In this document: positions 55,153 to 64,000 of the stretch, piece after piece
Layout of the letters: every line of letters starts with the position of its first letter
Position numbering within the stretch: position 1 is the first letter of the stretch
Assembly (NCBI GenBank): GCA_963665255.1
Contig: OY762210.1
Span: forward strand, 1,090,866-1,154,865
Reading direction: 5' to 3'
DNA length: 64,000 nt
Origin: Dehalococcoidia bacterium
Lineage (GTDB): Bacteria; Chloroflexota; Dehalococcoidia; Lucifugimonadales; UBA1123
Translations under genes and position numbers: made by a program
The notes under the pieces: model-generated
Seen by the model: the letters and a program-made list of their open reading frames with translations, nothing else
What the model was told of the DNA's origin: nothing
Database searches by the model: none

Positions 55153-56072
55153 TCGGCGCCGCTCCCCGCACCTGCGCGCGGGTGCGCCTGCATGTATGCC
55201 TTGCGTGCCTCGGTCTTGGTGATGTGCGTGTATACCTGGGTAGTCGCCGGGCTGGCATGGCCCAGCAACTCCTGAACCACACGCAGGTCGGCGCCGCCCT
55301 CGAGAAGATGGGTCGCAAAGGAGTGGCGAAGGGTGTGAGTGTGGACCTGAGTCCCAAGTCCGCTGTGCGCGGCGTAACTTCGCACCGCCTTTTGAATGCT
55401 GCGCTGGCTCAGGCGATTCCCGTAGCGGTTTACGAACAGCGCTCCGCCCGCGTCTGAGGAGGCAACTTCGGGTCTTACTTCGGACATGTATAGGCTGAGT
55501 GCGTCACGGGCGGATTCACCTATGAGCGCAATTCGCTCTTTAGATCCCTTGCCGACCACTCGGACCTCTCTCGTGACCATGTTGACGCTATCGACGTTCA
55601 GGTCGTGGACCTCACTCACCCGCAGGCCTGCGGCGTACACGAGTTCCAGCAGCGCCCGGTCTCTCATGCCCTTGTGTGTGGTCAGGTCCGGTGCGTCCAT
55701 CAACTCGGACGCCTCTTCCTGGGATAGGAATCGGGGAAGTCGGGAGTCGACCTTGAAAGTCCCACGGGGTGGCAGCGGGTCATGCTCCGCAATGCCCACA
55801 CGGTTGAGCCACTTGAACAGTGTCCGTAGTGCGCTCAGCTTACGCGCAATGCTGGGGCGTACGTACCCCAGCTCGTGAAGCCACGAGAGGTACCCGCGCA
55901 CGGCCCGCCGGTTCAGGTCGGCGAACGCTGCAACTTCGTGATTCTGCATGTAGTCACGCAGTGGTTCCAAGTCGGACAGGTAGTTGCGAATCGTTAGTTC
56001 GGCGAGGCCTCGCTCCGCGACGAGGTGGTCGCGAAATCGGTCCATCGTCTCGCCCCAGGGCTGCGCGTCCAT
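55149..56072 (-). CDS. Tyrosine recombinase XerC/XerD family
   Basis: It has an N-terminal SAM-like domain and the catalytic residues in GLRVSE, GKGSKER, HTLRHSFATHLLEGGADLRVVQELLGHAS..TTQVYTH. The gene sits in the conserved topA-xerC context. Confidence 0.85.
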   Translation of the reverse strand: MDAQPWGETMDRFRDHLVAERGLAELTIRNYLSDLEPLRDYMQNHEVAAFADLNRRAVRGYLSWLHELGYVRPSIARKLSALRTLFKWLNRVGIAEHDPLPPRGTFKVDSRLPRFLSQEEASELMDAPDLTTHKGMRDRALLELVYAAGLRVSEVHDLNVDSVNMVTREVRVVGKGSKERIALIGESARDALSLYMSEVRPEVASSDAGGALFVNRYGNRLSQRSIQKAVRSYAAHSGLGTQVHTHTLRHSFATHLLEGGADLRVVQELLGHASPATTQVYTHITKTEARKAYMQAHPRAGAGSGAD

Positions 56073-56073
56073 G

Positions 56074-58374
56074 TTACGCCGCTTCAGGTTCGAGTCTTGG
56101 AACAGGCCCGGTGAAACCGCATGTGTCGTCCAAACAGCGCGCGTTCCGGCGATTGCGGCCCTGAGAAACCAGCAGCTTGCCGCATCCCGGGCACGGCTGA
56201 GGCATGGGGTTGACCGTGTGCTTGCAGTCGGGGTAGTTGATGCAGCCGTAGAAGATCCTGCCGTTGCGACCCTTCTGCTTGCGCTCGATCATGTCGCTGC
56301 CGCACTTCTCACATGCGACACCCACGCGGAGAGGCTTGGCGTTCTTGCACTCGGGATATCCGCTGCAGCCGAGGAACCTCCCGTTCTGCGAGTTCCTGAC
56401 GACCATTCTCTTTTCGCAGTTGTCGCACAGTTCGTCGACGTCCTCACTGACCAACTCGCGAACGGCCTTCTCCTCAGGAGTTTCAACGGGTCGTGTGTTC
56501 TTGCAGTCTGGATATCCGGTGCAGGCCATGAATCTGCCGAATCGCCCGCTCTTGATGACCAGCTCTTTTCCACACTCTTCGCACATCTCTCCGGTGGGCT
56601 CTTCGAGCATCTCACGGGGAACGCGGTCGGCTTCCTTCATGGCCTTTTCGATGGCCTGCTCGAACGGATCGTAGAACTGTCCAATTACAGGAATCCACTG
56701 CTGCTCGCCCTCGGCGATGTCGTCCAGCTTCTCCTCCATGCCGGCAGTGAAGCCGACATCCATCACATCTGTGAAGTTCTGTACCAGCAGACCCGTCACG
56801 GCCTTGCCCAGGTTGGTGGGGGTGAATCTCGAGCCCTCTTTGGTGACGTAGTCACGCAGCTCAAGCGTGGATATGATCGAGGCATACGTGCTTGGTCTGC
56901 CGATGCCTTCTTCTTCGAGAGCCTTGACCAGCGAGGCGTCTGTGAACCTCGGCGGCGGCTTGGTGAAGTGCTGCTCTGGGTTGATCCCCATGCAATCGAG
57001 CGCCTCACCCTCGGCCAGCTTGGGAATGGGAGGGTGGTCCGCGTCATCGTCATCTGCGTCGTCCTTGCCTTCCAGGTAGACGGCTCGGAACCCTGCGAAC
57101 TTCAGGATGGACCCGTTCGCGCGCAGCTCATACTCCTTACCAGACGACGTTCCTGTTACACCGATCGACACCGACGTGGAGTCGAACAGCGCGTCCGACA
57201 TCTGGCTGGCGACCATCCTCTTCCAGATGAGGTCGTACAGCCGCGCCTGATCGTTGCTCAGGAATCTTCGGACCGACTCGGGTTCACGCATCACCGACGT
57301 GGGTCTGATCGCCTCGTGTGCCTCCTGCGCACCCTTCACCTTCCGCGTGTATGTCCGTGGCTTGGCAGGGGCGTACTCAGGCCCATACTTGCGCTTGATG
57401 AGGTCTGACGTCTCCTGCAGTGCCTGGGAGGCCACGTTTGTGGAGTCGGTACGCATGTAGGTTATGAGTCCCACATCGCCTTCGCTCCCCAACGACAACC
57501 CCTCGTAGAGTTGCTGGGCGACCGACATGGTCCGGCGGGTGCTGAAGCGGAGCTTACGCGCCGCCTCCTGCTGGAGTGTGCTCGTGATGAATGGAGGTGA
57601 CGGCCGGCTCCTGGTCTCGCGGACACGTACGCTGGTTACCGAGTAGTCCGCTCCGCGAATGTCCAGCAATATTTCGTCGCTGGTCGCCTGGTCTGGAATC
57701 TCGATTCGGCCCTTCGTTCCCTTTACGGAGTGGAGCCGAGCCTTGAACTCACTTTGGGAGCCCTGTCGCGGTCGCTTGGAGAGGTTCGCGTCAATCGTCC
57801 AGTACTCGACCGGCACAAAGACGTCGATTTCGGCCTCACGGTCCACGATCAGTCTTAAGGCAACCGACTGCACCCGGCCTGCCGAGAGCCCGCGGCGGAC
57901 CTTCGACCACAGCAGCGGGCTAAGCTTATAGCCCACGATCCTGTCGAGTACGCGTCGTGCCTGCTGAGCGTCGATGAGGGAGTGGTCCAACTCGCGCGGA
58001 TTGTCGAAGGCTTCCGCTATCGCGTCACGCGTTATCTCGTGGAACACGACACGCTTCGCCTTGTTGGCCGGAATCTTGGCAGCCTCCATCAGGTGCCACG
58101 AGATAGCTTCGCCCTCTCTGTCCGGGTCTGTGGCGAGGTAGACGATGTTAGCCTGCTTCGCCTCCTTGGACAGTTCCGAGATGATCTTGCCCTTGCCGTT
58201 GACGACACGGTAAGTCGGCTCGAAACTTCGGTCGTCTATTTCGACGCCCATGTCCTTTTTGGGTAGGTCACGTACGTGACCCATGGAGGCCTTAGCGACG
58301 TAGTTGTTGCCCAGGAATCTCTGGACGGTTCTTGCCTTTGCAGGCGACTCTACTATGACGAGGTCTTTTGCCAT
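56074..58374 (-). CDS. topA: DNA topoisomerase I
   Basis: It has a TOPRIM N-terminus (LVIVESPAKARTV), the active-site region YITYMRTDS and four C-terminal C4 zinc ribbons. The protein is 766 aa. Confidence 0.97.
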   Translation of the reverse strand: MAKDLVIVESPAKARTVQRFLGNNYVAKASMGHVRDLPKKDMGVEIDDRSFEPTYRVVNGKGKIISELSKEAKQANIVYLATDPDREGEAISWHLMEAAKIPANKAKRVVFHEITRDAIAEAFDNPRELDHSLIDAQQARRVLDRIVGYKLSPLLWSKVRRGLSAGRVQSVALRLIVDREAEIDVFVPVEYWTIDANLSKRPRQGSQSEFKARLHSVKGTKGRIEIPDQATSDEILLDIRGADYSVTSVRVRETRSRPSPPFITSTLQQEAARKLRFSTRRTMSVAQQLYEGLSLGSEGDVGLITYMRTDSTNVASQALQETSDLIKRKYGPEYAPAKPRTYTRKVKGAQEAHEAIRPTSVMREPESVRRFLSNDQARLYDLIWKRMVASQMSDALFDSTSVSIGVTGTSSGKEYELRANGSILKFAGFRAVYLEGKDDADDDDADHPPIPKLAEGEALDCMGINPEQHFTKPPPRFTDASLVKALEEEGIGRPSTYASIISTLELRDYVTKEGSRFTPTNLGKAVTGLLVQNFTDVMDVGFTAGMEEKLDDIAEGEQQWIPVIGQFYDPFEQAIEKAMKEADRVPREMLEEPTGEMCEECGKELVIKSGRFGRFMACTGYPDCKNTRPVETPEEKAVRELVSEDVDELCDNCEKRMVVRNSQNGRFLGCSGYPECKNAKPLRVGVACEKCGSDMIERKQKGRNGRIFYGCINYPDCKHTVNPMPQPCPGCGKLLVSQGRNRRNARCLDDTCGFTGPVPRLEPEAA

Positions 58375-58379
58375 TTTCC

Positions 58380-59543
58380 CTACACTGACTGGTACTCTGC
58401 CACGGTCTCCCGCAGCCGGACGTAGTTCATTCCACCCACTTGTCGAATGAGTCCCCTTAATTCCATCATAGTTAGGGCGCCACCCACTGTCGAGGCGGCA
58501 AGGGCGGAGTTTCTGGTTATTTCGTCTATGTGGATCGGGTCAAAGGTCACGAACTTCAGCACCGCCGCCTGCGCCTCGTCCTCTGGGAAGAAGGCAGCAA
58601 GCTCAAGCTGGTGCTCGGCGGCAGACAGGTTCAACTCTTCCATGACATCTTCTGCGCATGTGACGAGCTTTGCCCCCGCGTCCCGAATGAGCTGGTTGCC
58701 GCCCCTGGAGCCGGGCGAAAGTATGCTTCCCGGAACGGCGAACACCTCTCGATTCTGTTCGAGCGCGTGCCTGGCAGTGAGAAGCGCGCCACTTCCTTCA
58801 GGCGCCTCGATCACCAGGGTCCCCATGCTCATCCCGCTGATTATTCTGTTTCTGCGCGGGAAGTTCTGGGCATCCGGTCTGGCCCCCAACGAGTGCTCAG
58901 ATATGACGGCACCGTTTTGTGCAATGTCGTCGGCCAGGTTGCCATGTTCACGTGGGTAGATCACGTCCACACCGCTGCCAAGCACAGCGACGGTTCGAGC
59001 CCCTTCCTCCAGGGCTGTCCGATGCACGACACCGTCGATACCCCTCGCCAGTCCGCTGATGATGGACACACCGCTACGGGCCAAGTCTGACGTGAGCTGT
59101 CTAGCCGTCTCTCGCCCATACGCAGTCGGTCTTCGTGTGCCCACGACTGCAACAGACCTCTCATCCGATGGGTCAAGTTCACCCTTAATGTAGATCACGG
59201 GCGGCTTGTCGTAGATCTCCTTCAGTCGGGGAGGGTAGTCCTCATCGTGCCAGGTTAGCGCCGTGACCCCAGCCTGCTGCACTCGCTCCATCTCCGCGTC
59301 CGGGTCGATGTTGCCCCGGGTCTCGGCGACATGCTGTGCCGTGCCCCGGTCGAGTCCGGCCTGCTGCAACTGCGCCGCACTGGCCGTCCACGCGCTCGCC
59401 AACGAGCCGAAGCTGCCTTCCAGTAGTGCAAGTCGAGCGCGGCCAACCCGCGACACGCGGCTGAACGCAATCCAGTGTTTTAGCTCAGACGTTTCCATTT
59501 CCGGTCGGTATTCTACACCAAAATGACTATTTAACAACCCCAA
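58380..59543 (-). CDS. dprA: DNA-processing protein DprA (Smf)
   Basis: The Rossmann-like core reads VAVVGTRRPT.YG...A..L...G..IISGLARGID..H..AL...G.TVAVLG.G.D..YP. An alternative start lies at 59501. Confidence 0.9.
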   Translation of the reverse strand: MGLLNSHFGVEYRPEMETSELKHWIAFSRVSRVGRARLALLEGSFGSLASAWTASAAQLQQAGLDRGTAQHVAETRGNIDPDAEMERVQQAGVTALTWHDEDYPPRLKEIYDKPPVIYIKGELDPSDERSVAVVGTRRPTAYGRETARQLTSDLARSGVSIISGLARGIDGVVHRTALEEGARTVAVLGSGVDVIYPREHGNLADDIAQNGAVISEHSLGARPDAQNFPRRNRIISGMSMGTLVIEAPEGSGALLTARHALEQNREVFAVPGSILSPGSRGGNQLIRDAGAKLVTCAEDVMEELNLSAAEHQLELAAFFPEDEAQAAVLKFVTFDPIHIDEITRNSALAASTVGGALTMMELRGLIRQVGGMNYVRLRETVAEYQSV

Positions 59544-59682
59544 GCGTCAGCGGGTGAACAGTTCGTGCCAGAGTCCCGATGATCACGAACTGAGAAAGTG
59601 GTCCCTCAGAACGTGCCAGCAGACAGCAGACCACATCGCGTTCAATTGGGGAACATGCCTGGCAGGCACTGCGGCAAGGGTA

Positions 59683-59775
<93 letters not shown>

Positions 59776-59800
59776 GCGATGGACGCACTGCCTCGCGTGC

Positions 59801-59890
59801 TGGCGGAGAGGGTGGGATTCGAACCCACGATGGAATTGCTCCCATACTGGTTTTCGAGACCAGCGCCTTAAACCACTCGGCCACCTCTCC
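59801..59890 (-). tRNA. tRNA-Ser (anticodon CGA), class II, CCA encoded
   Basis: The reverse complement is GGAGAGGTGGCCGAGTGGTTTAAGGCG-CTGGT-CTCGAAA-ACCAG-...-GTGGGTTCGAATCCCAC-CCTCTCC-G-CCA. It is 90 nt long. Confidence 0.9.
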
Positions 59891-59903
59891 GAGGCCACGC
59901 GAG

Positions 59904-59936
59904 ATTATAACATAGCAAATGCTGCGTTTTTAAATG
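59904..59936 (-). promoter_or_regulatory. Candidate strong promoter for the tRNA-Ser pair (TTAAAA-18 nt-TGtTATAAT)
   Basis: On the minus strand TGTTATAAT occupies 59912..59904, about 13 nt upstream of the first tRNA 5' end. An A/T-rich -35 lies at about 59931-59936. Confidence 0.5.
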
Positions 59937-59949
59937 GGATCGTCGGAGA

Positions 59950-60699
59950 CTAGGCCGAGGGAAGCACGTATCTCTCAATCGCCTCGACGAGCCCGTCCTG
60001 CTCGACATTCGAGACCACGTGATGGGCAATGTTCTGCAGTTCTGTGGGAGCTCCGCCCATAGCAATCGGCAGTCCCGCAGCTTCGAGGAGGGAGAGGTCA
60101 TTGAAGCTGTCGCCAACAGCCGCGACCTCGGAAGGCTCGACGCCAATCAGGTCGCACAGCGCTTTCAGTCCCGTGCCCTTGTTGACTCCACTGCGAGTGA
60201 AGTTGACGGCCCACAACCCGTTGTAAGGGAGAAATGCCTTCACAACATCCAGACCCTCATGCCGTGACACCTCGCTGTCCAGGATGTCGGCTTCCTCATA
60301 TGTCAGGTCGAATGCCGTTATCCAGGTTAACTCACTGTGGTCCAGGCTGTTTGGATCACGCACTATTTCTGTCTTGTAAGTCGCCATGAACGTGTGACCT
60401 GAATCGACGATGGGTCCGAGGGCCAGCATCGCAGTCTCTATGGGCATCGAAGTGCTCGAAATCGCTTGTCCGGATACTGGGTCGAGAATCAACGCTCCGT
60501 TGTTCCCGACTTGTGGTGCGGTCAGATCAAGCTCCCGCGCGAATGACAATAGGGATTCAGACTCTCGCCCTGTCACGATGCAGACTTGGACCACATTTGC
60601 CGCCCGTCTCACGGCGTCCGCAACTCCAGGAGATATACGCTCGTCTGTCCCGACCAGCGTGCCGTCCAGGTCAAGCGCGAGAGCTTTGATCCGACTCAA
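59950..60699 (-). CDS. HAD-superfamily hydrolase, Cof-type (subfamily IIB)
   Basis: The sequence IKALALDLDGTLV (motif I)...TGR...GDSFNDLSLLEAAGLPIAMGGA is present. Confidence 0.8.
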   Translation of the reverse strand: MSRIKALALDLDGTLVGTDERISPGVADAVRRAANVVQVCIVTGRESESLLSFARELDLTAPQVGNNGALILDPVSGQAISSTSMPIETAMLALGPIVDSGHTFMATYKTEIVRDPNSLDHSELTWITAFDLTYEEADILDSEVSRHEGLDVVKAFLPYNGLWAVNFTRSGVNKGTGLKALCDLIGVEPSEVAAVGDSFNDLSLLEAAGLPIAMGGAPTELQNIAHHVVSNVEQDGLVEAIERYVLPSA

Positions 60700-60703
60700 G
60701 TCG

Positions 60704-61780
60704 TCAAGGTCCCGTATCCGAAACTGGGTTGAGGTCCCGAATCGAGGACAGCCCGTGTCGGGACATCAACCTGGAGAGGCCTTTGGCGATGTTACGTGCG
60801 ATTCCAGGGCCCCTGTACACCATTCCAGTCAAGAGCTGGACTGTGTCTGCCCCTGCTGAGAGGGCTAGCCAGGCATCCGCGGCCGTGAAGATTCCGCCGC
60901 ACGCATTGATCGTGGTCGAGTGGCCAACAGCCGCCCGCACTTCGGAGACCATTCTGAGCATCGGCCAGAAAATTGGCTTACCGCTTAGTCCACCTGTACC
61001 GACGCCCAATCTTGAATCCGCTACGGGTTGCGTATTGGCAACGGTCAGCCCCTCGACTTCGGCAGATGCGCACACCTCCGCAAGGGACAACACTAAGTCA
61101 TGGTGCTCAGCATCTCGGTCCATATCGGGAAACGGAGGCATCTTGACGAAGATCGGCTTGGAGCGTTGTTCCTTCACTGCGAGCAGCAGTTCCTGCAGCA
61201 CCCCTGTATCGTGAAAGACCCTGAGTCCTGCCGTGTTTGGCGAGCTTATGTTGATCTCAATGGCGTCCACCAGCGGCTCCAGACGACGATGACATGTCAC
61301 GATATCGCTGATCTCAGTGCCTGAGATGCTCACGATGATAGGTGTGCTGCCCACCAACTTCCCGTCTCTAGACAGGTTCTCAGCCACAGTATCCAGACCT
61401 TCACCTGGGAAGCCAAGCGCATTTATCAGAGCATAGTTCCGGGAGTCGCGAAGAAGTCTGACTCCAGGATTACCCGGCCTCGCGTCAATCGTGACAGTTC
61501 CGCACGTCACGTACCCAAATCCCAGGCTCGACAACCCCGGAGTCAGCTGGCAGTTCTTGTCGTAACCGGCGGCCAGACCTATGGGATTGGCGATCTCCAT
61601 TCCGCCGAAGGTCGTGGCAAGCTCAGGAGGATCTATGGCGCTGAATGCTGACAGACCACGCCATAGTGGCCAGGCCCGAAGTGTCTGATCAGCCAGATGC
61701 TGCGCCTTCTCGGGCGGCAGTCTGAACAGAAGGGGTCTAAGTAGCGACTCATACGCTGACGGGATTAAGGCTAGAGCCAA
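60704..61780 (-). CDS. pyrD: Dihydroorotate dehydrogenase (quinone), class 2
   Basis: It has an N-terminal membrane-association helix, followed by NPIGLAAGYDKN, ...EINISSPNT..LR and GGLSG.P.... Confidence 0.9.
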   Translation of the reverse strand: MALALIPSAYESLLRPLLFRLPPEKAQHLADQTLRAWPLWRGLSAFSAIDPPELATTFGGMEIANPIGLAAGYDKNCQLTPGLSSLGFGYVTCGTVTIDARPGNPGVRLLRDSRNYALINALGFPGEGLDTVAENLSRDGKLVGSTPIIVSISGTEISDIVTCHRRLEPLVDAIEINISSPNTAGLRVFHDTGVLQELLLAVKEQRSKPIFVKMPPFPDMDRDAEHHDLVLSLAEVCASAEVEGLTVANTQPVADSRLGVGTGGLSGKPIFWPMLRMVSEVRAAVGHSTTINACGGIFTAADAWLALSAGADTVQLLTGMVYRGPGIARNIAKGLSRLMSRHGLSSIRDLNPVSDTGP

Positions 61781-61793
61781 GTGTCTCCCCCCG

Positions 61794-63152
61794 TCACACG
61801 ATGACCCTGGCCATGTGGTCCGCCACTTCTACCTTGGCGACTCGCGTTATCAGAAAGTCACGCTTGTCGCCGAAGCTCAACTCTTCCCAGTTTCTCACTA
61901 CGTCGTCCACGTCTATGGAGTTTTCCGACCGCTGCGCTCTCTTTCGTGCGTCGTCGAGCTCGCTTAGCGCCTCCTCGAGATGGTCGGTGTCTGCTCCTCC
62001 TGAAGCGGTCTTGCGCATTGCCTGCAGGAAGCGGCGTTCTGCGTTCCTGACACGTTCTTCCCAGATCGCTTTCAGCGGCTCGTCAAGGTCGCCGTCCCGG
62101 CCGTTTGAGTCGATCCTGTCCAACTCTTTTGCCTTGATGGCCATGGGGATCTGAGCGAGCACGGCGCCCTCCAGGTCTGCCTCACGCCATGTGTGGTACC
62201 CGCACACGCTCTGATTATTGCGGGACTGGCACTGGTAGTAGCGGTATGTCTTCCGGTTTCGGTCGCCGTTCTTGTTTGTCCATCTCTGGTGGCGGGTTAC
62301 ACCCATCATCTTGTTGCCGCAGTAGTCGCAGAAGGCGATACCTGACAGCAGGTAAGGCTCCGCTCTCGACACCCTGCCTCGAGGTCTCCGGCTCTCCACT
62401 ATGTCTCTGGCTGCTCTGAAAGTCGCGGCATCGACGATCGCTTCGTGACTTCTGGGCAGTCTCAATCCAAAGCGCGTGTAAGTACCGATGTAAACAGGGT
62501 TCTTCAGGATGTCGCGTACGCTGACTACGCTCCACCGGCCTCCCCTCCGAGTCGTGATCCCACGCTCGTTCAAGTGCTGGACGATCAGCCGCATACCCAT
62601 CTCGTCCCTGGTGTAGAGACGGTAGATAAGCTCCACCACGGCGGCCTCATCTCTTATTACCTCGTAGGAGCCGTCCTCCACGTAGCGGTACCCGAACGGA
62701 GGCCGTCCGAGTCCCTTGCCCCACATGGCCTGCTCCTGCATGGACTCCCTGATCTTGCCGCTCCGCGTCCGTGACACACCTGATATTCCCAGCACGGACA
62801 GAGCGTTCTGAAGTGGGTCCGGCATGTCCTCGTCCTGACACGAGACCTTCGCGCCCGCATTTTCGATCTCAAGAAATGAGCGCGTAACCGTCTCAATGTC
62901 GCTGCCAAGGTGGCTGGAGTCAGGTATGGCGACCAGGAAGTTCGAGCCCGATTTCTTGATGTAGTCGATAAGTTGGACATACTGGGGGTAGACGCCTTCG
63001 TCCCCGGCGTTCAGGTCGCCAAATGTCCGCACCTGCTGATGCAGGTAGAGGTTGCAGTAAGTCTCGAATTCGTTATGGAAATCTACCAGCGTCTTGGTGT
63101 GGCCTTCGACTTGGGTCATCGCGTCGACTCTGAAGTAACCTATCGCTCTCAC
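61794..63152 (-). CDS. Large serine-recombinase homologue with a degenerate catalytic domain (nucleophile Ser replaced by Asp)
   Basis: The start is GTG. The N-terminus (M)RAIGYFRVDAMTQ contrasts with the consensus GYxRVSTxxQ. The recombinase domain (PPFGYRYV...WSVVSVRDILKNPVYIGTY), the zinc ribbon (FCDYCGNKM...YYQCQSR..SVCGYH) and the C-terminal coiled coil are all well preserved. Confidence 0.8.
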   Translation of the reverse strand: MRAIGYFRVDAMTQVEGHTKTLVDFHNEFETYCNLYLHQQVRTFGDLNAGDEGVYPQYVQLIDYIKKSGSNFLVAIPDSSHLGSDIETVTRSFLEIENAGAKVSCQDEDMPDPLQNALSVLGISGVSRTRSGKIRESMQEQAMWGKGLGRPPFGYRYVEDGSYEVIRDEAAVVELIYRLYTRDEMGMRLIVQHLNERGITTRRGGRWSVVSVRDILKNPVYIGTYTRFGLRLPRSHEAIVDAATFRAARDIVESRRPRGRVSRAEPYLLSGIAFCDYCGNKMMGVTRHQRWTNKNGDRNRKTYRYYQCQSRNNQSVCGYHTWREADLEGAVLAQIPMAIKAKELDRIDSNGRDGDLDEPLKAIWEERVRNAERRFLQAMRKTASGGADTDHLEEALSELDDARKRAQRSENSIDVDDVVRNWEELSFGDKRDFLITRVAKVEVADHMARVIV

Positions 63153-63173
63153 GTTTTGCTACCGGTCCTCGAT

Positions 63174-63887
63174 TTAGCCATAGATGAGAATTCTCGTGCA
63201 GCTGCCGCACTGCACAATGCCTTCGCTGGAGCGGGCGCGGCTGAGTTCCGCGTTCGGGATCGTGAGGCGGCAACCCTCGCACATACCCCGCTGGTCGACG
63301 AGGGCAGCTCCCTGGCCTCCCCGAGTGCGCCTGACAGTTTCGTACACTGCCATAATGTTCGGCGGATACTCAGCCGACATCTCCTGTCGCTGCGCGTGAA
63401 GCTCAGGCATCTCTGAGGTCAGTTCCTCCCGGCGTGTTTCCAGTGTGCCCAGTTCGAGGCTCCGCTCCGCGTCGATCTGTTCGAATGCAGTCTTCGCCCT
63501 TTCCCGCAGCTCTTCCGCTTCCTCGATCTCGACCATGAACTCAAGCAGACGGTCTTCCTCTTCTCCCCGGTTCCGGACCTGGTTGGCGCGCTCTTCCTGA
63601 AGAGCCTCAAACTCTCGGGGATTTGTCACGCTGCCGTCGTACATTCTGTTGTCGAGGTTCGAAATGCGCCCTTCGATCTCCTGGACTGCTCGCTCTGACT
63701 GGCGTATTGCTGGTCCAAGCTCCCCCAACTTCGCCTCGATAGCAGACAGCCTCCGGTGGGCCTGTATTCTCGTTGAGTCGTCAGCGATCCGACCCTGGAC
63801 CTCCGACAACTCCTCCTCGCGCTGCTGGATTTCCCAGTCCAGCAGCTGGAGATCGTAGAGTTCCCTCACTGACCGCATCGTTTGCAC
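63174..63887 (-). CDS. COG1579/DUF164-type coiled-coil protein with a C-terminal C4 zinc ribbon
   Basis: A long heptad-rich region is followed by GMCEGCRLTIP...VQCGSCTRIL. Confidence 0.75.
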   Translation of the reverse strand: MQTMRSVRELYDLQLLDWEIQQREEELSEVQGRIADDSTRIQAHRRLSAIEAKLGELGPAIRQSERAVQEIEGRISNLDNRMYDGSVTNPREFEALQEERANQVRNRGEEEDRLLEFMVEIEEAEELRERAKTAFEQIDAERSLELGTLETRREELTSEMPELHAQRQEMSAEYPPNIMAVYETVRRTRGGQGAALVDQRGMCEGCRLTIPNAELSRARSSEGIVQCGSCTRILIYG

Positions 63888-64000
63888 CTGCTATTGAAGT
63901 CTCTCCATTCTATGTCAATTTTCCGTGTCAATGAACAGGTTATGCCCCCTTCGCCCAGGCTATACGATGGATTTCCGTATTGACGCTGGCCTCCACGCAA

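Noticed and set aside
55149-56072. Tyrosine recombinase considered as the integrase of an island at the nearby tRNA-Ser genes
   Set aside because: It has the full XerC/XerD motif set and sits in the conserved dprA-topA-xerC context, with overlapping stops and starts. The flanking genes are core housekeeping with normal composition. I saw no repeat of a tRNA 3' end other than the second complete tRNA.
55984-57408. A 474-aa plus-strand ORF antisense to xerC/topA
   Set aside because: It lies fully inside the unmistakable topA and xerC genes. Its composition is low in complexity and rich in Leu/Arg/Val/Gly, and it has no start-site signals. It is a shadow ORF.
63967-64000. Possible start of a plus-strand gene (MDFRIDAGLHA...) at the right edge
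   Set aside because: Only 11 codons are visible and no clear SD is present. That is too little to call.

Overview
This is a gene-dense 64-kb chromosomal segment from a moderately GC-rich bacterium. Hand-counted lines in housekeeping genes gave roughly 57-67% G+C. Most genes have Shine-Dalgarno leaders, GTG and TTG starts are frequent, and many neighbours overlap by 1-14 nt at start/stop codons. I could not run BLAST or HMM searches, so every family call rests on motifs read from the ORF translations.

I support 62 CDS. One is an edge-truncated ion channel that is missing from the ORF track. I also call two tandem tRNA-Ser genes, two clear intrinsic terminators, and several promoter or operator candidates, many of them with a TG-extended -10 of the form TGCTAT(A/G)CT. 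I found no rRNA, CRISPR array, IS element, transposase or prophage.

Most of the window is housekeeping:
- A minus-strand block of about 11 kb runs dprA-topA-xerC-aroQ-pepP-efp-xseA-DUF4389-xseB-PHP-aminotransferase-SDR.
- Other core genes are rho, pyrG, glyA, ychF, korAB, pyrD, holA, queF and ccmAB.
- This synteny, together with the sortase and the many lipoproteins with Pro/Thr-rich linkers, suggests a free-living Chloroflexota-like (SAR202-like) or related lineage. That is a low-confidence inference.

The only clearly accessory region is a glycan locus at 32.2-43.9 kb. It holds an epimerase, five GT4 glycosyltransferases, an MsbA/PglK-type exporter, a sulfotransferase and three methyltransferases. 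Its central part is visibly lower in G+C. This locus is the best candidate for an undescribed system.

Other observations worth a second look:
- A large serine-recombinase homologue has lost its catalytic Ser and sits inside a housekeeping operon.
- EF-P has a non-canonical beta3-beta4 loop (KMQQRAP).
- A BacNaV channel has a Cav-like TLEGWTD selectivity filter.
- A LysR-controlled 53-aa ORF module has its own promoter, operator-like dyads and terminator.
- A GNAT-ccmA-ccmB-JAMM operon faces two thioredoxin-fold lipoproteins.
- A 730-aa lipoprotein ends in a cyclophilin domain.

I did not find a defence, toxin or mobile system that I can defend from the sequence.
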